Source of the DNA: Elsinoe ampelina | Taxonomy: Eukaryota | DNA length: 64,000 nucleotides | NCBI GenBank assembly: GCA_010093995.1 | Contig: ML992513.1 | Span: 555,203 to 619,202, forward strand | Direction: 5' to 3' | Part shown: positions 1 to 11,781 of the stretch, piece by piece | How positions within the stretch are numbered: the stretch's first letter is position 1 | Layout: every line of letters starts with the position of its first letter | Position numbers and translations under genes: made by a program | The notes under the pieces: generated by a model | Database searches by the model: none | What the model saw: only the letters and a program-made list of their open reading frames with translations | Told to the model about the DNA's origin: nothing

Positions 1-688
1 GAATGGTAACCATATGCTGGCCGGCGCCTGGCTCCGGCTCATATTTGTCAGTTTGGTACTCATTCTGCAAACGCGTGTACTTCACTTACATATCCATGAG
101 CTCGAAGTCTTGGCTACGCGGCTGTATGGCTAGGCGTAACATTGAACTAGCGATTTCGCACCAAGCTGCCTCGTCTTGTCCGTCGTCGCTACAATCTGAT
201 GCGTTCTCGCAGATTGCTTGAAGTTGCGCCAGATCAGTGTCAGGCAGGTCAGAATCGAAAAGGTCATCAGCGAGCTGGAATTCATCTGCATCACTGCTCG
301 AGATCTTCTCCCTCAGCGATTCAGGCAGGAATCGATGCTTGGTTGCTTCGACCAATAGCTTGCGCGCCTCTGCAGCAGGACCGGTCGGGATATCCGCTTT
401 CGACATGGAGAGAATTGTGGATGGAGATCCTTTTCTAAGCGAATCTTTCTGCTTGACTGGACTTGTTGATCTCGAGCGCGCGCGTCGCTCTGGGGAGATA
501 GTGTACGCCCTGCTGAACGGAGGTGGCAGCGCTGGTGCGCTGTGCTGAGGAGTCGTGTTGTCCATTTTGGCGTGTTTATGCCCGGGGCGTGGCGAGTATT
601 GACCAAGGCAAGATTTACGCTTCCTTGGGCGACCTCTCGAGATATCGGTATCAACATCGACGTCGGTAGGCGGAGTTGGGATGTCCAT
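1..688 (-). CDS. Fungal PD-(D/E)XK nuclease-like family protein, 5' part; continues beyond the window start
   Basis: ORF 86..772(-), likely ATG at 688 (MDIPTPP). S/P/R-rich N-terminus (RSRSTSPVK), then C..DGQDEAAWCEIASSMLRLA, resembling the EAAWN..VH..LL motif of this family. GTAAGT donor at 89. Confidence 0.5.
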
Positions 689-715
689 GTTGAGTATTGA
701 GGAAGGAAGGCAGGG

Positions 716-1465
716 ATGGCAACATGCGGGATGAATCCGACCGAGGTCAGGGTAGTCGCCGATCCTTGGCACGCGAGAGCCGAAGGGCTCGCAAAGCAGC
801 CCGCGAATGGGGATGGATACCTGAAGACCATGGCCGCTTCATCTGCACCTCTGCCAGCAGGCATTTCATGCGCCCTCAACATACGTCTCTTCGATGGCAC
901 TTCAATACGCTCCAAATTCAGTGCCGATGCAACCCTCACCACATCCGTCCGCACATTTGTCACTGAGAACTCCTCGACTGATATCCCCTACAACTTCCGC
1001 ATCATGGATCTACCAAAGCCAGCACGGACAATCGAGATATCGGAAGAAAACCAGTCGCTCAGAGAGCTCGGATTATGTCCAAATGCTACACTGGTCCTCG
1101 TTCCAGTCCGGGACTTCACCGATGCTTATGCCTCGCAAGGAGCTGCTGGAGTGGTCAATAAGGGGCTTCATCTCGGCTACAACGTCGCCTACGGAGCCTT
1201 CAGCATCGTCGGTGGCATATTCAGCAAAGTCACAGGATATCAGGTTACTGAAGAAGCTGCTGAAGGCCCATATATTGCCAGAACAGGGGATAATCCGAAC
1301 CACCTCGTCTCTCAGAAGGATGGAAAGAGATCAGAGCAGCTGGCGACACCGACCCCTGGTATCAAAATCACGACACTCAAGGATCAAAAGGGCAAGCAGC
1401 CTGCCGAGGAGTTCTACAATGGCAATACGACAAACGTGGAGCCTCGCCCGGACGATCAGAAGTAA
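716..1465 (+). CDS. UBX-domain protein of the UBXN4/Ubx7 type, apparently only the C-terminal half
   Basis: UBX fold motifs LNIRLFDGTSIRSKF...SLRELGLCPNATLVLVP, then a hydrophobic segment and C-terminal FYNGN. Start is 716 or ~830 (MAASS). Confidence 0.8.
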   Translation: MATCGMNPTEVRVVADPWHARAEGLAKQPANGDGYLKTMAASSAPLPAGISCALNIRLFDGTSIRSKFSADATLTTSVRTFVTENSSTDIPYNFRIMDLPKPARTIEISEENQSLRELGLCPNATLVLVPVRDFTDAYASQGAAGVVNKGLHLGYNVAYGAFSIVGGIFSKVTGYQVTEEAAEGPYIARTGDNPNHLVSQKDGKRSEQLATPTPGIKITTLKDQKGKQPAEEFYNGNTTNVEPRPDDQK

Positions 1466-2057
1466 TCTAATTTTATGAAGAATACACGATGTATCTCTGG
1501 TCTTTGGCTCTCCTCCTGGTCTATACCATTGCAATGTTTGATTGTTAACTGATCAGCTGGCTCATCAAATGTGTACAAGTTGATTGGATGAACAGAAGGT
1601 ATGTAGCAAACTGGTGGCAAGCATTGTGTTGCCTTCTCGCAGGCGAATATCCTTTCCTTGGAGCAAACCCTATCACTCTGGATGATCCTGTACGGCTCTC
1701 TTACGCTTCATCATACCACCTCCACAGACCTTGTGGTGCCCTTCGACACAGGCAATCCCGATGCCACCCCTGATGGCTATGCCTTAGCACTCTTCCTTTG
1801 AATCTTCCCAGTCTCCATATACCGCTTCGCAATAAAGTGCACCGTCGCCTTTCCTGTTTGCCACATCATCGCCTTGGCGGATCACATGCTCGAGTGCCAC
1901 GTCTATCATTCGTCATTGGCGCACTGTCTATGGCTTCATTTGGGTTAGTGCCAAGCGAAGCTACTTAACTTCACTTTGTGAACTTCTCTTTTCTCTTCTC
2001 TTTCCTCTCTCATCACCAACGCTCACACCTGTTCGCTGCTCGCTGCTCGCCGCAATC

Positions 2058-3200
2058 ATGGCGAGCACGAGCAATCATGCTAACATAGCGAACAGGCAGA
2101 CGATCCTCGATGCGCTCTTCACAGGAGCACATTTGGCCGCACCCATCTCTCACCTGTGTGCTCACACTGAGCCAAACCTCTTTGGGCCTCCTAGACGTTG
2201 CCAGCGTACCCTTCCCGCAGCTCAGCTGCAATTTGCGATCGACAACATTCACCAACTTCACCTTCACATACCGACCAACGCTACCCTGGCTACACTCAAC
2301 CACAAGAGCTTCACATGGTTTGAGATGGACCGCCACCTCTATCACCTCTCATGCTGCGTTTTATGCGATGAGCACCGCACTCCCGATGGCCATAAGCTCA
2401 TCAAAGCTCAGCTCATCGATGCACTGATAAAGTCAGGAGTAGCAGCAGTCAAAGATGCAGAAGCACGTCTCAAGATGGCCACCAACATCTACATCGGTCC
2501 AATCTATATCGAGATCAACAAACAGAAGCAGAAAAATCGCGCGACAAATGCCAGCGATAATGCCGATTCCACATTCAGACCCAAGAAACCGACCCCATTC
2601 CCATCCGACTACAGCAAGCCTGAGCCTGAAGCACGCAAGCCTTCCTCTGACAACAAGCCGACCGACCCATTCACATTCGACTACGACAAGCCCAAGCCCG
2701 CACCACGTACCTCTTGGTCTGACAACAAACCCACCGACCCATTTCCCAACGCTTACATCCCCGGAACTCACCCACGTGCTCAGGACTGGCACTTCCCACC
2801 GCCCAACCCACCTCCTTATGAGTCCATCGCCAAGGGTCCCATCGACAAATGGCTGCACAAGATCAGAACCTACCACGCCGCCTGGACCAGCGAGGACAAC
2901 ACCAGCCTAGGCATCCGCGACCCCGAAGCACCGTCTCTCATCGACCGTCTTCACTTCCCTGTCTACAGCGGCTTTGCGACCGAGGTCACACCGTTCAAGA
3001 TCCGTCTCTTCTACAACAAAGTGGCGCTGTATGAACCAACCAAGGCACTGGAAATACTCAAGGCAGAGAGGATCAGGTGGCATCCCGACAAGATGGATCA
3101 GCGTTTCGCCGGCGAGGAGGGACTGGAACTGGTAAAGGAGAAAGCGAACTTGATATGTGGGGTGTTGAATGATCAGATCAAGGAGATGAGGGAGAAGTAA
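2058..3200 (+). CDS. Hypothetical protein with a C-terminal RWHPDK (J-domain-like) helix and internal repeats
   Basis: Intronless 380-aa ORF; LKAERIRWHPDKM near the C-terminus; repeated SDNKPTDPF. Confidence 0.65.
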   Translation: MASTSNHANIANRQTILDALFTGAHLAAPISHLCAHTEPNLFGPPRRCQRTLPAAQLQFAIDNIHQLHLHIPTNATLATLNHKSFTWFEMDRHLYHLSCCVLCDEHRTPDGHKLIKAQLIDALIKSGVAAVKDAEARLKMATNIYIGPIYIEINKQKQKNRATNASDNADSTFRPKKPTPFPSDYSKPEPEARKPSSDNKPTDPFTFDYDKPKPAPRTSWSDNKPTDPFPNAYIPGTHPRAQDWHFPPPNPPPYESIAKGPIDKWLHKIRTYHAAWTSEDNTSLGIRDPEAPSLIDRLHFPVYSGFATEVTPFKIRLFYNKVALYEPTKALEILKAERIRWHPDKMDQRFAGEEGLELVKEKANLICGVLNDQIKEMREK

Positions 3201-3355
3201 GGAGACATGTTGTTGAAGGAACTTGCTGGATTTTCACATGGCGTTTATGAGGAAGATACCCTGGCATGACAAAGATCTGCCACTACCATAGACTCACTTG
3301 AAATGTGACGTCCTCCTGTTGAGAGTCTCTAGCCATAACCTCTTTCCCGTGAAGT

Positions 3356-3574
3356 ACTACCAGTGACTAGCAAAGCAGATTGAATGTGTGACAGAAATAC
3401 AACGTGATCAGCAGTCTGGTAGTACCACTACCCACATTTACTACCAGGTTCGTGCTTCACGATATGAGGATATTGTGGCCATCTTAAGCAGTCTGGTAGT
3501 ACTACCGCCGGTGGTACTACCAGATTCGTGTCTGTGTTGTGAAATTATCATGACCATCCTGGAGTTCTGGTAGT
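3356..3574. repeat. Cluster of CTGGTAGT/ACTACCAG motifs, including two inverted pairs
   Basis: ACTACCAG at 3356, 3440, 3516; CTGGTAGT at 3416, 3493, 3567. Confidence 0.85.
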
Positions 3575-4239
3575 TCTAGACTGTGACGGTTGATCTCGCA
3601 GGTGTTGGGCATTGTTGTAATTGCTCAAGTCTGACCTCACTGTGCACAAAGACAGGGAGTGCTGAAACGGCACCCCAACTTTCGGGCCCCCAGGCCCCCC
3701 ACTGCACAGAAGACCGCCAAAGACCCGACAATCCTTTCGGCAAAGCGCCAAAAACAGGGCCCAACAAGCTGCAAACATGTCTGGCAGCCTCGCCCGCAAA
3801 AACGGCCACCTCACTCCCTCCTCTGCTCCAGCCTCGCCAGCTGACTTACCACTTCCTCACTCAAATCCATCCAACCATGTCGCACGCCGTGACAGACTCC
3901 CATATGCCACGTAGCCTGTCTATTTTTGATGATCTGGCAACCACCGAAAGCGGGTGTCGATTCCTGGCCTGACTTGCAGAGGTCTGTCGGTAGGTCTGAT
4001 GCCTCGTGCATCTCTCTTTTGATTCCATGTTTCTCTACCTGCTATACATGTCTCGCGTCACGAACCGCTAGACTAGAACGCGAACAATCAGCCTCGTCTA
4101 CGGCTGCGCATCATAGCAAACAATCTTTGCATTGTATGAACAGAACGATTCTTCCCGTCTATCCACTCATCTAGCTGTCACCACACAGAGGTATAGCACG
4201 ACGACCAGACAAATGCAGTAACCTCGCCCCGAAAAGTGC

Positions 4240-7200
4240 ATGGCCTCGATCATGGACCCAGACAACGAGAAACCTCCCGCCTCGAACTCCGCCCTCGAGC
4301 CCTTTCCCGCCCATGACGCCCTTCCAGACTTCCACATCGTCGACGAGTCCCCCTTCCCGCCAGAAAACGAGAAAGAGAAACCTCGCTCCAAACCCAAGAA
4401 GAAACTTCGCTTCCAACGCATCCGTGGCTCCGTAGCCAGCGAAATATCAGACGGCAATGGCAGCCTCTGGATCGAGCCCGAACACCCCCTGCCTCGCCCC
4501 CAGAAATGGCGTATGGGAATGCTGGAAGACAGAGCAATAGGCGGCGTACCAGGTGCGTCTCTCCCCTCCTCCTCCCTCCTCTGCTTATCCCCCCTCCCCA
4601 CCCCGTCCCAAACTCCCAACTAACCCCCTCCTCAGGCACAACCACCCTCTTCGACAACGACCTCAAATACAGGCACTCCCTCGGCGCCTCCCCCTCGGCC
4701 TTCTCCTCCCACCTCCCCACCTTCCACACCCGTCTCGGCTACCAAACCCCCAAAACGCCCCGGTCGCCCGTCAGGAAACGGGCCCGTGACGGCAAGACAG
4801 TCCTCGAGCCGCAGCCGGACGACTCCCATAACGATCCGCTGAACTGGCGCGGGTGGCGGCGGTGGGCGGCCGTGCTGGCGCTGGGGGTGTATGGGCTCGT
4901 GGGCGGGGCGATGGGGACGGTGTTCGCTACTGGGTTCGGGGGGGAGGAGAAGGAGGAAGAGGTGGGGTTTGCGGTGGATGAGACGAGGTTGGGGCTCATG
5001 ACGGGGCTGTTCATGGTGGGGTTGGCGGTGGGGAGTGTTTTTCTCACGCCTGTCGCGGTGATGTTTGGGAAGCGAGTGGTGTATCTTGGTTGTGCGTGGT
5101 TGTTTCTGGTCACGAGCGTGGGGTGTGCGTTCGCGGATGTGTTTGCTGGTTTCGTGGTGGTGAGGTTTTTTATGGGAGTTGCGGTGAGTCCGGTGTATAC
5201 TTTGGTGCCGGCGACGGTGGCGGAGCTGTTTCATGTGCATCAGAGAGGGAGGGTGGTGGGGGTGTATTACTTCTTTCTGCTGGCGGGGATGGTCGCGGCA
5301 CCGGTCGCTAGTGCGGCTGTTCTGACGTCGAGGTTGGAGTGGCAGTGGATATTCTGGATTACTTCGGTGGCTGCTGGACTGGTGCTCATTCTGTTGGTAT
5401 TTTTTGTACCCGAGTCGTACTGGGATCGTACGCTGCGGCCGATGCATAGCAGCTCTTGCGTCAAGTCGAGGAGCCGAGCCAATACTGGAGGGTCGGCGAG
5501 GTCGTACTTTTCGCATTGTACTTGTCCGATCTATACGCCGCCTTCACCCCATCCTGGGAAGCTGGTAACCTTTGAGCGGCTGTCACCAGAAGCGATGGAG
5601 CGGAGAGCTCAAGCACATCGGGAGGCGGCCATGCAGCGATACTACGAGAACTCGGTTGCAGATCCAGTCGAGACACCAATGGCTGCTGGAGCCATCATTA
5701 GTCCTCCATTGCCATCCTCGAACACATACAAGACAGCAAAATCAAGTCCGGAAGGACTGACGTACATCTCACCACGGCCATTCGAAGACCCACGAAACGC
5801 ACCATCACCTCCGTCTCGACCTCCTTCAGCTTTCATCGCCTCTTCCCTAAATGCTCACAGCTCTTCCTCAAACCCACTCCGCACAACAGTACAAGTCGAC
5901 TTTGCCTCTTCCGACCCACCGACGACCTCACCGCCCAGCATCCTGAAGAACAGTCACACGAGGACCCGCACCAACACCACATCCACAGCATCCACCCTCG
6001 TCCCACCCCGATCTCGCCCCACTTCAGTCTCCGCGCGGTCAGACTTCTACAACCCCTATGCCCCTTCCCGCCGGACCCGCTCCCCCACACCAGGCCCAGC
6101 AGACCGCACCCGCCCCTCCAGCATCTCCTCCCAATCCTCGCTCTCCTCATCCTACTCCCGACCCTCCTCACCTCCCTCCCCACTCTCGCGCTCACCATCA
6201 ACCACCTCCCGACAATCCACCCAATCCACCACCAACCCCCTCATCCCCACCACGCCCTCCAACCACATCCCCTCCCAGCCCTCCTTCCCCCTCTCCCACC
6301 TCCCCCCTTCCCACGCCCCAGCAGCCTCAACCTCCACCCTCGCCACCGCAACCCCAGACCCAGACGCAGGAGACACCTCATCCCGCCCCTCCCTCCGCCT
6401 CGACCTGGAACAAATCCTCCTCTCCCGCGCCTCCGTCGGCGCCTTCACCTCCCACACCGGTCGGAGCGGGTACCAGAACGGGTTCTACGCGGGGTCGTCG
6501 TCGTACTTTCGGACGTTCCACTCGTCTTCGATCGCGGGGTTGACGACGCCAGGGAGGAGTGCTGTGCCTGGGGGACGAGGGTGGGTCGCTCGGGTGGGCG
6601 GAGGGGGCGGGGGAGGGGGAGGGGGAGGGGAGTTTGGGAGGGAGTACACTGAGCGGCTGAGGATCTTGCCGGGGTTGGGGTGGAGGAAGGGGTTGAGGGT
6701 GGGTGTGGGGAGGGTGGGGGAGGGGGGGTATTGGAGGGGTTTAGGGAGGGGGGTAGGGGTGGTGCGGGTGGCGCCTGGGTTGGTGTGGGCGGCGGTGTTG
6801 TGGGGGTGTAGTCTGGGGGTGCTTGGGGTGGTGGGGAGGGCGGGGCATTTGGTGCTTGTTGAAGGGCAGGGGTATGAGCTGGGACTGGTCGAGGGGGCTG
6901 CACTGGGGATGGCTGTGCTGGTGGGGGTGTTGTTGGGGACGGTGGTGATGGGGGTGGTGGGGGATGTGGTTGTGAGAATGATGGGGAGGGCGAATAGGGG
7001 GGTGTTTGAGCCGGAGTTTAGGTTCGTCGGGATGCTGCTCGGGATGATGGCTGCTGGAGCGGGTTTGATGGGTTTTGGTTGGGTGGTCGAGCAGAAGATG
7101 GGTCTGGAGATTGTGGGTGTCTTTCTTGGATTGATCGGATTGGGATGCGCGATTGGTGTCACCACTGCGGTGGGATATGTGATGGATGTTGTTGGAGGGG

Positions 7201-7476
7201 CAGTGGTGGAGGGCATGGTGGTCTTGACTGTTATCTATGGCAAGTCTGCAACTCCACTTTTCGTGGACATTAAGCTAATCCGTCTCAGCACTCTGTCACG
7301 GTCTTGTCTTCAGCATGCTCTTTGATCGGTGGGTCAATGCAAGAGGACCTAAGGAGGTCTTCATCGTCCTGGGAGCGGCTCAAGTTGCCATAATGGCTGG
7401 CGCGATACCGATGTATGTGTTTGGGAAGAGAATGAGGGCTTGGGGTGCCAGAAAGACACTCTTTGAGCAGATCTGA
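4240..7476 (+). CDS. MFS transporter (HOL1-like) with a very long S/P/T-rich central loop
   Basis: LEPQPDDSHNDPLNW, FGKRVVYL, ELFHVHQRG, FFVPESYW, FEPEFR, IPMYVFGKRMRAW. Introns 4553-4635 (GT-AG) and 7240-7288 (GC-AG). Stop at 7474-7476. Confidence 0.85.
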
Positions 7477-7807
7477 TGAGATACGAAACATGAGAAACAA
7501 CGCGCGAATGGGAAGGATATATCAAACCACGGTGCTGAAGGATACTTTCCCTTATCAGGACCATCTCCTGCAGTCCCAGTCTGCACAAATATCAAGCTCA
7601 GATACCAGCACTTGCACTCCTTGAAGGTGTTGTGTTGTTGACCGTTTTTGATTCGTGGTCTATTCGAATGCTGTACAAGCTCTATGCTGCCCTCCATTTG
7701 TAGGCCTCGGACGACCATCTTAGCACCCGTTGCGCATGTCAACTTTTGCCCTCGAACACTGATTGATGCCCATGTCGTCGTATCCGCCGTCCCGATCTCT
7801 TTCACCC

Positions 7808-8116
7808 TTAGTGCGCATCCTTCTTCGCCGTCGAAGCCGCAGCCGGATTCCGGGGGTCGTTCTTCCATTCGTCGGCTAGAGTTTGTCAGCCAGTCTATCC
7901 ACCATCGCCATTCCCGACTGCACATACTCTTCATCATCGCATTCTGTGCCGAGTTGACGCCGTAGAAAATGATCGCGCCGGCGGCGAAGAAAGGCCAGAG
8001 CGGCTTCGCTGCGGGAAAAGTCAGTCCAGTCGTTCCGGAGCTTGGAGCTGAGCCATTGAGCGCTCGGATGAGGACATACCGACTGGCGCAGGGAACTTCT
8101 TGCCGAGGAGAGACAT
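7808..8116 (-). CDS. ATP18: Mitochondrial ATP synthase subunit j (i)
   Basis: Three exons (8116-8080, 8008-7928, 7875-7808) give MSLLGKKFPAPVAKPLWPFFAAGAIIFYGVNSAQNAMMKTDEWKNDPRNP...; not recovered intact by the ORF track. Confidence 0.92.
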
Positions 8117-8328
8117 GTTGAAAGACTGGATGTGTCGGTCGAGGTTGTGGGGTGGAAGTGATGTGCTTGTTCCGCTGGTATGCAGGACTTGAGGTTGACG
8201 GAGTCGAGTTCTTGGCGGATGAGTAAGCGGGTTTGTTCCGAAAGCTCGCGATGCTTGGGCAGAGGTAAACAGAACACGCTCCAATAGAACAATTTGCGCG
8301 GTGGGTGGTCTGCCTTCACACAGTCATC

Positions 8329-8941
8329 ATGTCTTCAGCCGGCGCACTACAAGGCTGCGTAGCGTCGCTACGCTCAAGCATGCAACTCCTTGACTCGTCG
8401 ATCAACATTCTCGAATCGGGTGTGAGCGACTTCCCGCGATTGACGACGGTGTTGCAAACCACAAGGGTAGGTCCTTCGCGTGGAATTCGACGCGGTGGTA
8501 TTTCCTGTGTCTTACGTGCGGCATCCTGACTCTTCATCTTAGCACTTCGAACTCGTCTCCGAAGCAGACCTACGCGACGCGCAATCATCGCTGCTCAACG
8601 AGATACAGCCCGAAGTGGAGAACCTGCTGTCACGCGTCGATACATACCTGGACAAGCTGGAGCGTCGAGAAAAGTCACTCATTGCAAAGTGTGAGCTGCA
8701 AGAAGGGAGACTAGGTCGTGCCTCAGTGGGCAGGGCAAGTGGCTCGAAAAGTCCGGGCTTTGGATCACGTCAGGCATCTGGACAGGGAGAGTCAGGTTTG
8801 AAAGGTCTCGAGGAGGTCAAAGCCATGCAGTTGAGGCAGAAGAAGGAAAGACTGAGCTATGCAGTGGGCAGGCTTGAGCTCCAGGCCAATCAACGAGAGC
8901 GGCAGCTGAGAAAGAGCATGGCGTTTCAGGGCACGGACTGA
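8329..8941 (+). CDS. SPC19: DASH/Dam1 complex subunit Spc19
   Basis: LQGCVASLRSSMQLLDSSINILESGVSDFPRL..VLQTTR / intron / HFELVSE...KLERREKSL...LRQKKERLSYAVGRLELQ. Confidence 0.88.
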
Positions 8942-9053
8942 GCCGTTCAGAAGTTTTACATTCTTCTATCCCTACAGGTGTATCCGTACATGGGTATCTC
9001 AGGCATCATCATCCCTTGGATATGAGCTCTTTCCACCATCTTTCATCAATCAA

Positions 9054-9757
9054 CTACAAGGCGAGAGCAGCCCACAAGAAGGCCGCGGCACCACCGAGGG
9101 TCGAGGTGACGCCGAAAGAAGCCGCAGCACCAGTCGCAGCTGCCGACGTGGAAGCAGCAGTCCCGGAGGCAGTACCTGAGGCAGTTCCTGAAGCTGAGGA
9201 CGAGCTTGCAGTGGAGGAGCCGGAGGCGCTCGGGCTTGCGGATGACGAAGATGATGCAGGAGGGTTGACAAGACCACCAGTGCCGTCGGCGGCAGTTGCA
9301 GGCTGAATGGCGTTGCTTGACGCTCTTTGCTCGACTGCCTCGAGAGTCTGATCACCACTTGAAGAAAGTCAGTCACCAATCATATTCAGCATTCCGGAAG
9401 TTCTTACCTTGGATTAATGCCGAAGACCATTGGTCCCGCATTGCAGTGTCTGGCAACGGAACAGTAGAACCACGCAGTGTCGGTAGAGTTGACGGTGAAC
9501 TCGAAGACGTCGCCTCCGCTCAAAACGCCAGAGTTGACAATACCATCCCCGGAGGCAGGCTGGCACGGGTTGTCGAAAGAGCTGGTGATGATGTCGTGCG
9601 ACTGCCCGAAGGTCACACGGATACGATCGCCGACTTGAACATTGGAGATTGAAGCTGGCTCAAAGCGAAGCGATGTTGTAGTGACATCGTATACCTGCTG
9701 TGCAAGGGTTGATGGGAGAGCGACCACGACGGCGGCGGCGACTTGAGAGAACTTCAT
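9054..9757 (-). CDS. Secreted cupredoxin-domain, Ser-rich, probably GPI-anchored protein
   Basis: Signal peptide; FEP..I...GD, H.I..SSFDNPC, WFYCSVARHCNAGPMVFGINP. One intron, then an S/T/A-rich tail and hydrophobic C-terminus. Confidence 0.85.
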
Positions 9758-10524
9758 GATGGATGGTCGGTAGGTATGATGTCTAGAGTAGAATCTACTG
9801 TGGCGAATGGATGAGAAGATCAGGCATGCAAGGGTGTTAAGTACGAGGCATGAAGAGTATCAGGAAATGCCAATGTTTTGTTGCATGCGACGTTGCGACT
9901 GCCCAGTGGCTGAGCTGGAATGTAGCTCTTGCCCTGTCTCCGGGGCAGAATCAAAGGCGTAGGCCAAGGAGGTAGCTCGAACGTTTATGAGCCATTGTCT
10001 TAGGTAGAGACATAACGGCTGCGGAGCAACCCATGTCAATTCGATCCGGGGTGGTGAACGGTCGATCAAATGCATCAATGATATGCATCCGTCATCTTCG
10101 ATCTTATCAATAGCGTGGACTTATCCTTGAGCTGTCGTCGTGCTGCTGCGGACTTGGGAATGGACGACGAGGGGCCGCACGCTATCGGACAACCTTTGTG
10201 AAGTGCTACAAGGTTTCGACGTCCGTCGTATCAAACCCGTCGGGTGTCAGGATAATTGGAAGTTTAGGTATGACGGTTGGCTAAGCCTTTCGGATAGCTG
10301 AACCGCCGCACGGGTGGAGCGTATACCGCAAGCGCGGGGCCACAGATACCGAGGATCGGGGGGGCATCAATCTCACGACGCCATACCAAGGCTTTTCTGT
10401 TTGCAAGCTGACGTGTCGGAAACGCCCTTTACCACACTACTCCATACAACCACTGGAGACGGTGTGAGCATTACAAATCTTGTGTCTGCTGGAGATAAAA
10501 ACCCTACACTGCATTGCATACAAC

Positions 10525-11515
10525 ATGGTATCGCAGGAGACCATTGAGGCCATATCGGCCTTTACCACGTAGGTACTGAGATCTCTTCTGTCTTTGCATC
10601 TCGACCTCTCCAAAGCTCCAACCAGACCTAAAGCATTGTCATCACCCATTAGTCCTGTGCTTTGTGTTTGCTGTGCTCACATGAGCTGATGGACTCAGCT
10701 GTGATGTCGCCGATGCTCTGCAGAAGTTCCAAGTTCCGCAAGGAGGCTTCCTATCAGGCCTGACCATGTGGTCCCCAGAGCGACAGAATGGTTCAACTCG
10801 CATTGTCGGACCTGCGTATACGGTAAAGTACGTGCTGAACGAAGACGATGACAAATCGAAGCCTTCAGAGCACTACGTAGGCCATCTCCGAGCCCACCAC
10901 TCGCCATTTCTATCCTGACTGCAGAGCAGGTAGACACGATACCATCCGGAAGCGTCGTCTTCATCTCAGCGCCACCAGATATAGTCAACGCCGTATATGG
11001 CGGCCTCATGGCCACCAGAGCACAGTACTCTGGCGCGGTAGGCACGATAGTGGACGGACGAATCCGAGACCTACAGGAACATAGGGACCTCAATTACCCG
11101 GTACCACATCTTTCCCAGCCATGACAGTCCTCCCTCTGATGAAAACCTGCAGGTCTTCGCCAGGGAAGTAGGCACCTCCGCACCAGCAGAAGTCGTCCGC
11201 GTGAGCGCCGTAAGTCACCACCACCACCACCCAGTCTCACACCAGCTTCACCCCAAACTAAGTGGTGTCCAGATCAACGTCCCCGTAGCCCTGCGCTCCC
11301 CTGGCCAGCAGACCACGGTAAACCCGGGCGACATCCTCGTCGCCGACCTCAATGGCGTCGTCTGCATTCCAGCTCACCTCGCCGATCAGTTGCCGGAACT
11401 CATGGAGTCGCAGGCTGCTGCTGACGAGAAGATTGCGGAGGAGATCAAGAAGGGAGCGAAGTTTGCTGAGGCGAGTAAGAAGCATCGAGGGGGAGTGAGG
11501 ATGCCGAGGACGTAA
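10525..11515 (+). CDS. RraA-like / HMG aldolase (DlpA) family protein
   Basis: Multi-exon: CDVADAL, IVGPAYTV, AVYGGLMATRA, VDGRIRD, VNPGDILVADLNGVVCIP. Confidence 0.85.
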
Positions 11516-11781
11516 TCCGCCTGGCCATTGAAGAGGGACCCAGGAGGAGGTGAGGGGGGACATGGGTGATCGCGATCGGGTTGGAGGAGGCATGAATTTT
11601 ATCCCGTGGCAGGAAATGAGGGCTCATGACTGACGGAAGTGTGAAAACGTGAACATCGGGCAGAAGTCAGGAAGAAGTCAATCATCCATGGATGTCACTA
11701 GACACTTTTCTATCCCCCTTTGTGATCCGGACTACCAATCGAAAACGCCATGCATACCCAACATCCTTCACCTATCGTTCT

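Noticed and set aside
4632..7216. Long Pro/His/Thr-rich antisense and alternate-frame ORFs (also at 18.8-19.4, 26.2-27.0, 41.8-42.6 and 54.2-55.9 kb)
   Set aside because: Shadow ORFs arising from stop-poor, skewed sequence overlapping well-supported genes.
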